A DNA stretch of 63,496 bases, filler included, from Stramenopiles sp. TOSAG23-2 (lineage: Eukaryota), in the NCBI GenBank assembly GCA_900128395.1. It is 21 parts of 21 records of this genome, joined end to end, with 100 filler letters (N's around TTAATTAATTAA, not from the genome) between each part and the next. Parts side by side here need not be neighbours in the genome. Positions count along the whole stretch, not along the records: positions 1 to 2,944 come from LT651447.1; positions 3,045 to 5,987 come from LT651448.1; positions 6,088 to 9,030 come from LT651449.1; positions 9,131 to 12,072 come from LT651450.1; 17 more parts are not named here. One strand, written 5' to 3'. Below the pieces are notes generated by a model, which saw only the letters and a list, made by a program, of their open reading frames with translations, was not told where the DNA came from and made no database searches. Of the stretch, positions 1 to 11,133 are shown in pieces; position 1 is the stretch's first letter; each line of letters starts with the position of its first letter. The position numbers were made by a program, and so were the translations under genes.

Positions 1-33
<33 letters not shown>
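1..33. repeat. (TA)n microsatellite at contig start
   Basis: Pure TA dinucleotide run. Confidence 0.9.
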
Positions 34-35
<2 letters not shown>

Positions 36-89
36 ATATACTATATTTATCGTCTCGTATATAATTAAATCATTATTATTCTGTACACA

Positions 90-1916
90 ATGTTAGGCCT
101 GGAAAATACTATTATTAAGAAAAAGCATATAAAAACGATAATAGTGACAATATTTTTCAATTGTATCATCTTCATTGCTAATATAAAAAATAGTGTGGCA
201 ATTGGTCAGAATAATAAATATCATGACAAGAATAAGAATAGTATACCTAACATACGTCGCAAATCGTTGTATCGATCTAGCAACTTTAACAAATTGATAC
301 AAAAGATCACATTTTTGGAGGAATTAAGTTTAAATAAAAATTCTATAACATCGAAAAAGCCACCAACGGAAGAAACAGAAGCAACTCCACAACTACCACC
401 AACCTACTATGAATGGTTGTGGCATGTTAATAATATAGCAATAGGCAATAGGGATACATCGTGGATGGATGGATCTGATGCAAAATGTAAAGGTTTTTGT
501 AGCTGTGTTGCAGGTGAAATATTGCAACGAATGATCCGAGAACGTACACAACGCAAGCTTCAAATAGGTGTAGATGATGTAGCCACGCCAGAACACTATA
601 TGCTAAAACCATTATGTAACACTGGTGGAACTGCAATACAAATACGCAACATGGAAGGTTCATGGGAGTGGCAATGGATACCAGCCGTTGCAGATAAATT
701 TGGTGTAGAATGTTGGACTCCCGTATCATCTCAAACGGCAACTTGCTATAGCAAATCGTTTGTATCTATAGGCGTGGGAAAAGAAGTAGATGTATTCAAA
801 CCACTGCGGGACAGAGGTAATCTCAAAGGCGGCATAGCAATTCTACTTAAAATATTAAATAAGTACAGCCCTGAGCGAATATTTACTGAAAATGGCAATC
901 CAGATCTTACAGAAGATGGAGAGGAAGTTCCAGTGAATGATTTTATGATCACTAGTAAGTTCAAACGAGAAATGTGCTTGAACAAAGAGGTTACAGAAAA
1001 GATAGAAGATCGTTGCCGCTGTACGAAAAGTACTTGTATGAAAGATATTATCGAACTGGCATCTGCATATTATCAACACATGATCAATGATTTACATGAT
1101 TATGGTGATTCAAGTAAAGAATGCGCAAAGCCATCATTTAATATGTTAGATACGCATTTAGATATTTTAAGTTTAATACCACCATTAGAAAGCTTTAAAT
1201 TTGATTTCTTAAAGATGATGATAAATTTCAAACAAGGCTACGACATGGTTGAAAGGAAAAAAGCAGAAGGAAAGAAATTATTTCTAGAAGTAAGTGAAAT
1301 AGAAGAAAAGCCAGGGAAAGGCAAAGGGAAAGGAGGGGGAGAAAACAAACCCCCACCTGGTGAAAGCGGCAGTTTAGGTATGAGAACAGGAGATATGACC
1401 AGTAAGGCTAGTGTTGCATATTATGAATCTGGACTGACCGACTTTATCGCTAGTATACCAATTTTTGCTTGGAGTGGTCCATATATACGTGTAATGAAAA
1501 AATTAGATAAATTACAACTAAGTGAAGGTCCTTTACGTTTGCTACAAGAGGCCATCGTTAGTGTAACCCAGATTAATCCACCACCAACTACTGAGTCCAC
1601 TTCAGACTCTGGTTCTAGTTCTGGTTTCAGTTCTGGCTTTAGCTCCGGTTCTGGTTCTGGTTCAGCAAGAAGAAGAGGGAGAGGAAAAAGAAGAGGGAGA
1701 GGAAAAAGGGCAGTAGGAAGTGGTTCCGGTTCAGGTTCTCGTACTGGATTATTAGAAGTTAGCGCTAAGAAGGAAACAAACAAATTGCCTGTAGGTGCCG
1801 CAAATAAAGGAACGTCATTATTACTAGAAGTAAGCGAAACAGAAGCAAGACCAAGTAAACTAAAAGTAGGGTCAGCGGTGATGAAACTTAAAAAGGTTGA
1901 AAGAAACACTTGCTGA
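90..1916 (+). CDS. Hypothetical, probably secreted Cys-rich protein with repeated (L/F)LEVS motifs and Gly/Ser-rich linker
   Basis: 608-aa ORF with hydrophobic N-terminal segment (IIVTIFFNCIIFIA), many Cys, LFLEVSE/LLEVSA/LLLEVSE repeats, GSGS linker and RRRGRGK x2. Confidence 0.65.
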   Translation: MLGLENTIIKKKHIKTIIVTIFFNCIIFIANIKNSVAIGQNNKYHDKNKNSIPNIRRKSLYRSSNFNKLIQKITFLEELSLNKNSITSKKPPTEETEATPQLPPTYYEWLWHVNNIAIGNRDTSWMDGSDAKCKGFCSCVAGEILQRMIRERTQRKLQIGVDDVATPEHYMLKPLCNTGGTAIQIRNMEGSWEWQWIPAVADKFGVECWTPVSSQTATCYSKSFVSIGVGKEVDVFKPLRDRGNLKGGIAILLKILNKYSPERIFTENGNPDLTEDGEEVPVNDFMITSKFKREMCLNKEVTEKIEDRCRCTKSTCMKDIIELASAYYQHMINDLHDYGDSSKECAKPSFNMLDTHLDILSLIPPLESFKFDFLKMMINFKQGYDMVERKKAEGKKLFLEVSEIEEKPGKGKGKGGGENKPPPGESGSLGMRTGDMTSKASVAYYESGLTDFIASIPIFAWSGPYIRVMKKLDKLQLSEGPLRLLQEAIVSVTQINPPPTTESTSDSGSSSGFSSGFSSGSGSGSARRRGRGKRRGRGKRAVGSGSGSGSRTGLLEVSAKKETNKLPVGAANKGTSLLLEVSETEARPSKLKVGSAVMKLKKVERNTC

Positions 1917-1956
1917 AACACTTACGGTACAATTAAAAAGGAAACGTGCAAATAGT

Positions 1957-2373
1957 ATGGAATTGCCTGTTAGATGTGATCCTGGACATAGCAGCAGTGG
2001 CAACATGTTAGATACTATTATAGATAATAATAGCAATAATAGTAAAAAGTCAAAGAACTGTCATCATCACGATCATTCCCATTGTCAGCATCAAAAAAAT
2101 AGGTCAGAAGAAGAAGAAAAAAATAGTGAAGAAAAGAAACTTGAAAAGCATGCACATGGCAAGGATTGTGGGCATAGAGCAATATTGCATAAAACCTCAT
2201 TTCATGCTGAGCCGCATATAGATTTCTTAGTAAATGGTGTCCTTGATTGTAAACACCAAGATCTTGATTGTTGTAGTAATATTGACTGTAACGAATATGA
2301 TTGTAATGATTTTGAATTAGTTGATGAAGATTTTGATATTGATTTGTATAAATTGGTTGATCTTCTAGATTGA
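1957..2373 (+). CDS. His/Cys-rich putative metal-binding protein (possibly only the C-terminal part of a longer gene)
   Basis: CHHHDHSHCQH and HAHGKDCGHRAILH...HIDFLVNGVLDCKH motifs. The frame is open upstream to 1885, overlapping the end of the previous ORF. Confidence 0.55.
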   Translation: MELPVRCDPGHSSSGNMLDTIIDNNSNNSKKSKNCHHHDHSHCQHQKNRSEEEEKNSEEKKLEKHAHGKDCGHRAILHKTSFHAEPHIDFLVNGVLDCKHQDLDCCSNIDCNEYDCNDFELVDEDFDIDLYKLVDLLD

Positions 2374-2721
2374 TCGCCTATCTATATTATATAAAATGTT
2401 CTCTTACTCATAAAATATTATATAAATTGATCTATATATCTATATTATATATATCACATTTTTTATTTTTTACGACTTGTGCACTTCGTAAATAAATACA
2501 AACGAATGTACTAAAAATATACGATTCGTATTTTTTATTAAAATATGAGTAAGAGAAAAACACACATATATATTAATTACATGGCTTGGCTGATACTATC
2601 ATACTACGAGTATTCTTTTTTATGACCCTTTCTCTAATCCTTCTTATCACCACCACCATCACTATTATTATTAGTAGCAGTATTGTCTACTGAATTCATC
2701 GATGACTCGATTTTCTTTAAT

Positions 2722-2943
2722 TTATTTTCTAATTTTTTTTCTTTCATTTTCTTGATCCATTAATTCCAGTTCATAATTCCATGCTGAAAAATATTTTGTA
2801 TGAACAGCAAACATTAATAACTCGGATAATAATATTACTAGACTTGCTACCAGAATAAAGAAAAATGCATTATATAAACTTCCAACATCTTTACAATATA
2901 CAATAACTATTTTTGATTGCTCATCATAATATTTTAATTGGCT
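2722..2943 (-). CDS. C-terminal fragment of a membrane protein (5' partial)
   Basis: My translation: SQLKYYDEQSKIVIVYCKDVGSLYNAFFFILVASLVILLSELLMFAVHTKYFSAWNYELELMDQENERKKIRK*, one TM-like segment, open to the contig edge. Confidence 0.4.
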   Translation of the reverse strand, partial: SQLKYYDEQSKIVIVYCKDVGSLYNAFFFILVASLVILLSELLMFAVHTKYFSAWNYELELMDQENERKKIRK

Positions 2944-2944
2944 T

Positions 2945-3044
2945 NNNNNNNNNNNNNNNNNNNNNNNNNNNNNNNNNNNNNNNNNNNNTTAATTAATTAA
3001 NNNNNNNNNNNNNNNNNNNNNNNNNNNNNNNNNNNNNNNNNNNN
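2945..3044. other. Artificial contig linker N44-TTAATTAATTAA-N44. First of 20; the others start at 5988, 9031, 12073, 15113, 18152, 21190, 24227, 27258, 30288, 33317, 36345, 39369, 42389, 45408, 48426, 51443, 54458, 57472, 60486
   Basis: Identical 100-nt spacers carrying stops in all six frames, flanked by contigs of steadily decreasing length. Confidence 0.98.
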
Positions 3045-3353
3045 AGGAGAAACCGAGTATGATGTCGACATCTACTGCTACATCGTCATCTTTCAGTCGT
3101 CATAACGACAATAATAGTGAAAGTATTTCGTACGATGTTGGTTGGTAAAAAAAATTTATTTTATATACTCGTATTATACGTGTATATAATTTAATTTACG
3201 CATATATATTTATTACGGTATGATTTGCGTATATTTAATATTATGGACACACATAAAATTAGAAAAAATATTTTTTTATAAAAATATATAATTACGTCGT
3301 AAATAAAATCAATAAAAAATAAAATTTACAGGGTACTAAAAAATTTAAAAGAT

Positions 3354-3410
3354 GTGGTTAAAATCTAAGTTATGACACATATATAATACGAGTATGAATA
3401 ATTTTACACA
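3354..3410 (+). repeat. Short degenerate copy of dispersed repeat family (see 5842-5987)
   Basis: tggttaaaatctaagtta...ataattttacac matches the conserved end of the copies at 5842, 14698 and 51218. Confidence 0.55.
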
Positions 3411-4586
3411 CATTCATTAAATACGTATTTTTTATATTTATAATTTATATAAGCCATAAAAAAAAATATATTAAAAAACGCGCGGTCATTGCGGTCATTT
3501 TGCTAGAGAATTACGACGTATCTTTTTTTAGAAAAGTACACTTAAAAATTTTATTACACACGTTTATACGTACATAATTTTAATGCCTGCTGCTTATTTT
3601 TAAATTTTTTTAATCTGGCCCCGTCTCTCTCCTCTTATCAACTCGGACTGATATATAAAAAAAGCAAAACCATCATGATAAATAAAAAAAAAACAAACAT
3701 GAAACCAACAATCTCGAAAAAACATTGATATGTTTATTATGACAATGGATTTGTTTCCATGATAATGACGAGGACCCATCATATTTGTATCAATTAAATT
3801 AATTTCTTTTATATATGTAGTTGTTGTTATACGTTCTATTTCTATAAATATGAATATATATACTATATTTAATTGTATGTATGTATGTATGTATAATGTA
3901 TGTGGTTTACAGTATATTTTTATAAATGTGTTCATATGACTCAATAATAAATATAACGATTTTTAAATCTAATTTATTTTTGATTTTGCGCTTCTTCTAG
4001 GTTGCTCTGCGCATTGTGATTGGCGATTTATTATCTAATCGCAACGAGAATAATGCTGTATATATGCTAAGCAAATCTCAATGCTGTGTTCATAGTAGCT
4101 TCGCCAGCTCCATCATAGAGGCCGAATTTCTAAAATTGCACCACGATGCAAATAGCATGCTGTACTGTAGGAGTATTTACTATTAGTTTATATGTAATAC
4201 TATATTATACTGCTACATATACTGCAATGTGCAAATTTACGACTGTTTCATCACTCTCTGCAATGATGAATTTTTTTGCGGACTAAAAAATTAAACATAC
4301 CCATGGCATAGACATACCATTAGCTACAACGAATCCATCAGAAGACTTATTTATACACAGAATAAAACGTATTACTATTGAAAATATATATATATATTAT
4401 GACAAGGACGATCAATTAGACAATTTATTTATAAGTAAAAAAGAGAAAAGCAAAAGAAGAAACAAACATAAAAAGAAACAATTACGCTTATTATTCTAGA
4501 AACCAAAGAAAAAGAAAGTAACGTTTATTATACATTTTTTTTCGGGTTCAGCAGTAGTATATATATACACATATTGTAAGCAAACT

Positions 4587-5237
4587 ATGTCGACATCGCA
4601 TGAAAATTTATCCCCACAAGTTATTAGTTCTTTAATTAAAGAGTTAAAAAAATTATCAAGAAAACCACCTGATGGTATTAAATACTTACCAAACGATGAT
4701 GATACCATTGGTGTTATACATTCTGAAATAGAGGGGCCAGTTGGCACGCCATTTGAAGGTGGGACTTTCCATATTAAATTAGTTCTTGGACAAGAATTTC
4801 CGTCCGCTCCACCAAAAGGTTTTTTCTTAACTAAAATTTTTCATCCAAATATAGCTAGCAACGGTGATATATGTGTAAATACGTTGAAAAAGGATTGGAA
4901 ACCTGACCTTGGTATTGCCCATGTTTTACAAGTAATTAGATGCTTACTGATTGTACCCTTCCCAGAATCCTCTTTGAACGAAGAGGCTGGCCGCATGTTT
5001 ATGGAAGATTATAATGCATATTCAAAAAGAGCAAAATTATATACAAGTATACACGCACAGCCAAAATGTCGACCAAATTCAGCAGATACAATAATAATCG
5101 ATGGTGCGAAAAAAAAATCACCTGGTAAAACAAAGGCAGATTCATCTTCATCTAACGTTGCTCGTAAAAAATCGAAAAGTATGATTGAAAAGAAGAAGAA
5201 ATCAAAAGCAAAGAAAAAAGGTTTAAAACGGTTGTAA
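4587..5237 (+). CDS. UBE2S: Ubiquitin-conjugating enzyme E2 S
   Basis: ENLSPQVI N-terminus, PPKGFFLTKIFHPNI, catalytic ICVNTLKKDW, CLLIVPFPESSLNEEAG and basic tail ending KKGLKRL. Confidence 0.95.
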   Translation: MSTSHENLSPQVISSLIKELKKLSRKPPDGIKYLPNDDDTIGVIHSEIEGPVGTPFEGGTFHIKLVLGQEFPSAPPKGFFLTKIFHPNIASNGDICVNTLKKDWKPDLGIAHVLQVIRCLLIVPFPESSLNEEAGRMFMEDYNAYSKRAKLYTSIHAQPKCRPNSADTIIIDGAKKKSPGKTKADSSSSNVARKKSKSMIEKKKKSKAKKKGLKRL

Positions 5238-5841
5238 GTGGTTGTATTAAAAGGATGGTAAATCGACATATGAATATATCATTATATTAATGATATACAC
5301 AACAACAAGAAAAGGAAACAAAATGATTTAATATATATATATATTTATTTGAAACGTTTTTTATCTAAAAAATGATAATTAATATATATTATTATATATA
5401 TTATATATATATATAAATGACATTTTGATGTAATATAAAAAAAAAAAAAAGATGAAGGATGTAGAAGAAAGAAAACATATATAAAAATATGTACTGATCT
5501 TTTAAAACAAAAAAAAATAATGTAAAACAAAATGAAACAAACAAAGATAAATTTTTAGAAAATAATGACAAAACAAAAAAACAGAAAAAAAAAAGAAAAT
5601 CACTTACACTTCTAATAAATATATATATGATTATGATATATATATGGTATTTCAGATTTTATTACGAACTTCATATTGAATACATGCGTGTTTTAGTAGA
5701 AAGTGCGTGTGTTGTGACGAAAATTCGTTGACGCATAATTAATTTCGCACTCTTACGAAGTTCGTACAAAGATGAAAAATTATATTTTTTGGGGGCATTG
5801 ATTTTCAATTTTTAAATAAAAAATAATTTAAAATTAAAAAC

Positions 5842-5987
5842 GATGGTTAAAATCTCTAATAGTTTATAATAATTTTACACTTCTCCGTGTGTTCAGTAAT
5901 ATGCCCAATACTCAATCGCAAGAATAATAATCTATCCTACTATAGTAAAGCTCTAATGCACCTCTGCAAACTAATACTCTACAAGCA
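5842..5987 (+). repeat. Dispersed repeat, copy 1 (runs into the contig end)
   Basis: Reverse complement aligns with 14698-14881 (tgcttgtagagtattagttt.cagaggtgcattagagctttactat...gaagtgtaaaattatt...agattttaaccatc). Confidence 0.85.
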
Positions 5988-6089
5988 NNNNNNNNNNNNN
6001 NNNNNNNNNNNNNNNNNNNNNNNNNNNNNNNTTAATTAATTAANNNNNNNNNNNNNNNNNNNNNNNNNNNNNNNNNNNNNNNNNNNNAT

Positions 6090-7907
6090 AAACATAGTAG
6101 TAAAAAATCAAGAACATTGAAAAAAAAAAGTTTGAAAAAAAAAAGAAGTAATAATAATAATAATGTAAAAAAAACTGTAAATGCAAATAAACCATGGGAA
6201 TTTGTACCATCGTTTTTTTATCCATCTATTGAAGATTTTGCTGATTGCGCTGCGTTTAATTGTCCATGGATTGCATGTTGTCCAGGTAAAGGTGGTATTC
6301 CATTAGAACAATTTAAACATCCATCTAGATGTGTATATTTATTTGGAGATATACCGGATGCATTAGTAACAAGATGTACTTTTCATATCTCACCACCATC
6401 AGCATTATTAATACAACATGATGATGATGATTATAATAATAATAATACATCGATTGGATCTGTCGTTATGTATGATCGATATTATAAACGAAAACAAAAT
6501 GAAGTACGAATTGCAAAACAATTAGAAGAAAGAAAACGTATGGAAATAGGAAATGGTGGAAATAAAGATGGAAATATGAAAAAGAAGAAAAAAGCAAATA
6601 GTCATGGAAAAAGAAAATTAAGAACAAAAGGTGTTGATACTGGTAATTATAAATCATTGAAATTAAATGCAAATATTAATACAACTACAATTAATAATAA
6701 CAATTACATAAGTAATAATAATAATAATAATAACAATAAAGACAAACGAGAAGATGATAGTAAAGGCAACAACAAACGTATGATTAATCCTGAATATTTA
6801 AATAATGGTAAACTAAAAGTTATTGTATATTCTGAAAAGATATTTAAATCACGTATAACGTTATATATGAAGGAAAAATTTCATTTAATAAATATGTATG
6901 ATAAAGATGAAACGAAAATTTTATTTGATCATCAAGATGAAGAATTGAAATTAATATCGACAACAAATTCTACCAAAATATCAAAAGAAGAAATAATACT
7001 TAAAATGTTAAACGATCCCATCCCAGCAAGAGCTATACAAACATTATATTGCGTAACAAATTCAACGAAAGATTTTGATTCCTTGTGTAGATTAATTATA
7101 ATTAAAATAACTTCAATTGAAGCATCAATAAGCATACGTATTCAAACAAAACCAAATGATTTAGGAGGTAAGATTATAGAAAAACTTCCAAAAGATACAA
7201 ATTTAAACCCAAAAGATTTTACACATGTTTTAAATATCATATATAATGTAATTGATGATACATACTTATTTGGTCTAGTTCGAAGAGAATTAAATTTTAT
7301 ATCTAGTCCAGGTTTTACGGAAAGCGTAAATATGTATAGAAAACGACATATATCGAGATCATATTATAAATTGTGGGAAATACATAGACGTGGTTATATT
7401 GATTTGAATAAAGATCAAACATATGTTTTAAATGTAGGTGGTGCGCCTGGTTGGAGTGAATATTTAATGTTACATACCAAACATGTCACATCGATGTCAA
7501 ATAAAAAACTACATGTTGAGTTGCAACAATATTCAAATATAGAGCATTTAAAAATGCGAAGCGAAGAGGGAATGCCATCGTATGAACGATTAAAAGGAAT
7601 ACATGATAATAATTCCAATGATGATAACAATAAACAACAAAAATACGATGTAATCTTAGCAAATTTGAATTGTAGTCCCCCACAAGCCATCAAAACTATT
7701 GCATTGTTTTCAAGTCTCTTGAAAGAGAATGGTGGAGTATTTGTTTTACTTTTAAAATTACCAGCTGCTGTTAAGCAAGAAAGTGCAAATAATTTCTACC
7801 ATCGACTTTTAATAGAAGAAGGGATTTATCAAGTTGATGATGTATTTCTCTTTACAAATAGTGCCAAGGAAACTACATTTATTATGCAAACAACTAAGAG
7901 AGAATAA
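6090..7907 (+). CDS. RlmM/FtsJ-like SAM-dependent RNA methyltransferase-family protein (5' partial, degenerate motifs)
   Basis: ISRSYYKLWEI (cf. SRxxxKLxEA), VLNVGGAPGW (cf. DLGAAPGGW), YDVILANLN, LLLKLP and NSAKETT. The frame is open to the contig edge. Confidence 0.7.
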   Translation, partial: KHSSKKSRTLKKKSLKKKRSNNNNNVKKTVNANKPWEFVPSFFYPSIEDFADCAAFNCPWIACCPGKGGIPLEQFKHPSRCVYLFGDIPDALVTRCTFHISPPSALLIQHDDDDYNNNNTSIGSVVMYDRYYKRKQNEVRIAKQLEERKRMEIGNGGNKDGNMKKKKKANSHGKRKLRTKGVDTGNYKSLKLNANINTTTINNNNYISNNNNNNNNKDKREDDSKGNNKRMINPEYLNNGKLKVIVYSEKIFKSRITLYMKEKFHLINMYDKDETKILFDHQDEELKLISTTNSTKISKEEIILKMLNDPIPARAIQTLYCVTNSTKDFDSLCRLIIIKITSIEASISIRIQTKPNDLGGKIIEKLPKDTNLNPKDFTHVLNIIYNVIDDTYLFGLVRRELNFISSPGFTESVNMYRKRHISRSYYKLWEIHRRGYIDLNKDQTYVLNVGGAPGWSEYLMLHTKHVTSMSNKKLHVELQQYSNIEHLKMRSEEGMPSYERLKGIHDNNSNDDNNKQQKYDVILANLNCSPPQAIKTIALFSSLLKENGGVFVLLLKLPAAVKQESANNFYHRLLIEEGIYQVDDVFLFTNSAKETTFIMQTTKRE

Positions 7908-8273
7908 GTATATATAATAGTGTTTTACAAAATATGATGACGCACACCACAAAAACATACGGGTTCGTATATCATAATATTAATATATTTAAAAAATGAA
8001 AAAAACTTGCTCTAAAATGTGATGAAAATTATTTTCATTAAAAAAATACCACATTATTTTTAATTGTTAAAATGTGTGGCTATTTTTCGGAGATACATAC
8101 TTCGTAACATTTTTAAAATAATTTTACCGTGTTCGCATAAAATCTTTTCTCTTTCTCCTGTGATTTCTCTGTCTCTCTCGGTAAATATATTATGCTAAAA
8201 ATATCTTCCTTGATGATGGCTTTTTAAGTCGTCGACATATGCATATGCATAAATTATATATTTTATGCTCTTT

Positions 8274-8933
8274 TTAAATTGATACAAATTCTTGTAATTT
8301 CTTTTTTTTACGTGATACAATTGTTGGAGAATATAAATGAAATTCATCATCGTCATCATTATCATTATCAAAATCGTCGTGTGGTTTTTTTGTAGATGAT
8401 TTCATTACATCATGTTGATTTTGTTTATTGTTTTCATTATTATTAGAAAATAATTTCATGGTATTATGATGATTATTGTGATGTGGACGGGGTGATTGTT
8501 TATCACTACGACGATGAATAATCATTTTCTTTTCATTATTATTACTATTGCTATCATTCCATTTATCACCATTTCCTAATAATGTAAGATTTAAACTTCT
8601 TTTACTTCGTTTAATGTTATTATTTTTATTACGACGACGATCAATGTTAATACTTTTTTTCTTTGTACTTGCTGATGATTGGTAATATCTACTTTTCATT
8701 TTATTATACGCTTCAAAATCATCTACGGTCTCTTTTTGCAAATATGTACGTACTTGTGATTTTTTCATTGATGATGATCTCGTCGCTGATGTATCTGTAT
8801 TTCGTGTCAAAACAGTCGTAGAAGGAGAAGATAAAGATGCGGACAAAGCGGCAATCAATTCGTTTTTATATTTTTTAACATCGTTTCGATTCATCGTTTC
8901 CAATGTCAACATGTACTTCAATGTTTTATTCAA
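8274..8933 (-). CDS. Hypothetical low-complexity protein
   Basis: 219-aa ORF rich in N/K/S/D like other host genes; no recognisable domain; start uncertain. Confidence 0.45.
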   Translation of the reverse strand: MNKTLKYMLTLETMNRNDVKKYKNELIAALSASLSSPSTTVLTRNTDTSATRSSSMKKSQVRTYLQKETVDDFEAYNKMKSRYYQSSASTKKKSINIDRRRNKNNNIKRSKRSLNLTLLGNGDKWNDSNSNNNEKKMIIHRRSDKQSPRPHHNNHHNTMKLFSNNNENNKQNQHDVMKSSTKKPHDDFDNDNDDDDEFHLYSPTIVSRKKKKLQEFVSI

Positions 8934-9138
8934 ATGTTTTATTCAATCAAAAAAAAAAAAATGATGATAATAATAATTTTGTTGAATAGATAATATATAA
9001 ATAACAACAACAACAAAAATAATATAATTCNNNNNNNNNNNNNNNNNNNNNNNNNNNNNNNNNNNNNNNNNNNNTTAATTAATTAANNNNNNNNNNNNNN
9101 NNNNNNNNNNNNNNNNNNNNNNNNNNNNNNCTTCTACG

Positions 9139-11133
9139 ATGAATACCAGTAGTAATAAAAGAAGGAGGGATATTAATTATCTACCTACAAAAAAAACAAA
9201 TTTGCCAAATTATGATAATGTAGATAGAGGTCTTGATCCAGTTGTTGGATTGTTTGGTCCTGGTGCATCTAGTAGTAGTGGTAAAGGAGAATCTAGAAAT
9301 GAAAATTTCGTAAGGTATAATAAACGCGCTCCACCGATGGACCTTTCAATAATGCGAACACCAGGTGCAAAAGGTGACCGTGGCCGCAATATTTTCCGAG
9401 GAGCGTATGATGCAACACAAAGATTTGGTACTAGTTTAGAAGTTGTATGGCGTAAAAAGCCTGCAATTATGAATAAAACGTTCAAAATGGTTTATAATAA
9501 GTATGGTAAAAAACAGTTTTTGCCAACCTTGTTGGTATGGAAGAAAATGCATGAAGAAAGAGAAGGTTTAATGACCAATAATATCGATGATGCTACTCCC
9601 ACATGTTATGAAGAAATTTATGTGAATAATTACGGTTCATATGCTGATATACTTTGCCAAAGGGATGAATATAATAAAGCTCGCCCAGCAGCTGCACTAA
9701 AGAATCCACTACGACCAACGGCTGAAGATATAGAAAGAGAACGGACGAAATTTTTTACAAAAGATAAAACGAATAAAAATATTGGTGACCCAGCAGCAAA
9801 AACCCGAAATTATGATAAGAACATTTTTGGGAAAGAAGGATGGAAAATAGCAATAGAAAATATACATAATCCTAATCCTAATGTGTATAAACGTCTTCGT
9901 ATAAAAGACGATAGGGAGGCCAAGATAAATTTGAACACTGGTGCGAAGTATCCAAATGGCCGATATGATTTACCGCTAAGAGTCCCACCTCACATTGTTG
10001 CTCCAGATAAACGTGTACAACCATGTCCTTTTTGGTTACAATATATTTTATGCAAAACAATAGTAAGGGAGGGGGAATGCCCGTATGGTGCTGCTTGTTG
10101 TTTTCCTCATAACCTCGATGAACTTAATCTTTGGAATAATTGGGTCGATAATGAGGAAGAGGAAAGGAATTATTTGCAAATTGTCAGTGCAATTAAATCG
10201 CGTAAACAAGCACCGCATCTTAAATCACAAGAGTTAAGTGACCTGTACAGAAAACGGGATTATACTATTTGCCTAAGTCTTTTGAATATTGGATTTTGTC
10301 CCAAGGGAGATGGGTGTTTTTATCCACACACAGTAGAAGAAGCGAAAGAGTGGAGAAAAATTGCGCCAAAAGATAATTTTTGTACAACATTTATATTACG
10401 AGGAGTATGTAAAGATGGTGCATTATGCACAGAAGCCCACAGTCGCGAAGAATTGTATGAAGGCAAACCAAGCAAAAAGATAACTAAGTGTTTAGAATTT
10501 ACAAATTTAAATAGATGTAGAAGAGGAAATTTTTGTACACATTGGCACGGACCAAAAGAATTCAATAAATTGATATGTCTCCATATGCATTGTGTCGCTC
10601 ATCCTCACGAAAATTACGTCCGATTCCATAGGAGTAGAAGTCGATCCCCGGTTGAATTTGAAACTCTTCCCTCTACCGTAGATAATACATGGCATGCCAC
10701 ATTTGGACCTGGTGCGGGTGGAGAGACTTATGAATATTTAATGTCTCATAGACCTAGAAATGTTGGATCACAACAATCTCGGTATACAGCTGGTGGTCTT
10801 CGTGGTCCTCGTGGTCCTCGTGATATGCAAAGAAATCCACGAAGAGAAAATCGTAATAACACCCCAGTCAATACGCAAAGAAGATTACAAAGAGGAAATC
10901 CTAATGATATCCCAGTTAATATGGAGAAAAGAAGAAATTTTGGAATCAGTGCTGCTAATAATACGAGTAATAGTAATAATAATAATAGTAGTGTACATAA
11001 AAATAATAGCCAAAGTTCAGACTCATATAATGCAAGAGATATTCCAATTAGTCCAGTTGTTGTCGCTGATAATTTTACAAAAAGGAAACGAATGAATAAC
11101 GAACCAGCATGGATGACAGCAATGAAAAAATAA
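9139..11133 (+). CDS. Tandem CCCH zinc-finger (RNA-binding) protein
   Basis: Four C-x8-C-x5-C-x3-H fingers (CKTIVREGECPYGAACCFPH, CLSLLNIGFCPKGDGCFYPH, CTTFILRGVCKDGALCTEAH, CLEFTNLNRCRRGNFCTHWH) and an RG/N-rich tail. Confidence 0.85.
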   Translation: MNTSSNKRRRDINYLPTKKTNLPNYDNVDRGLDPVVGLFGPGASSSSGKGESRNENFVRYNKRAPPMDLSIMRTPGAKGDRGRNIFRGAYDATQRFGTSLEVVWRKKPAIMNKTFKMVYNKYGKKQFLPTLLVWKKMHEEREGLMTNNIDDATPTCYEEIYVNNYGSYADILCQRDEYNKARPAAALKNPLRPTAEDIERERTKFFTKDKTNKNIGDPAAKTRNYDKNIFGKEGWKIAIENIHNPNPNVYKRLRIKDDREAKINLNTGAKYPNGRYDLPLRVPPHIVAPDKRVQPCPFWLQYILCKTIVREGECPYGAACCFPHNLDELNLWNNWVDNEEEERNYLQIVSAIKSRKQAPHLKSQELSDLYRKRDYTICLSLLNIGFCPKGDGCFYPHTVEEAKEWRKIAPKDNFCTTFILRGVCKDGALCTEAHSREELYEGKPSKKITKCLEFTNLNRCRRGNFCTHWHGPKEFNKLICLHMHCVAHPHENYVRFHRSRSRSPVEFETLPSTVDNTWHATFGPGAGGETYEYLMSHRPRNVGSQQSRYTAGGLRGPRGPRDMQRNPRRENRNNTPVNTQRRLQRGNPNDIPVNMEKRRNFGISAANNTSNSNNNNSSVHKNNSQSSDSYNARDIPISPVVVADNFTKRKRMNNEPAWMTAMKK

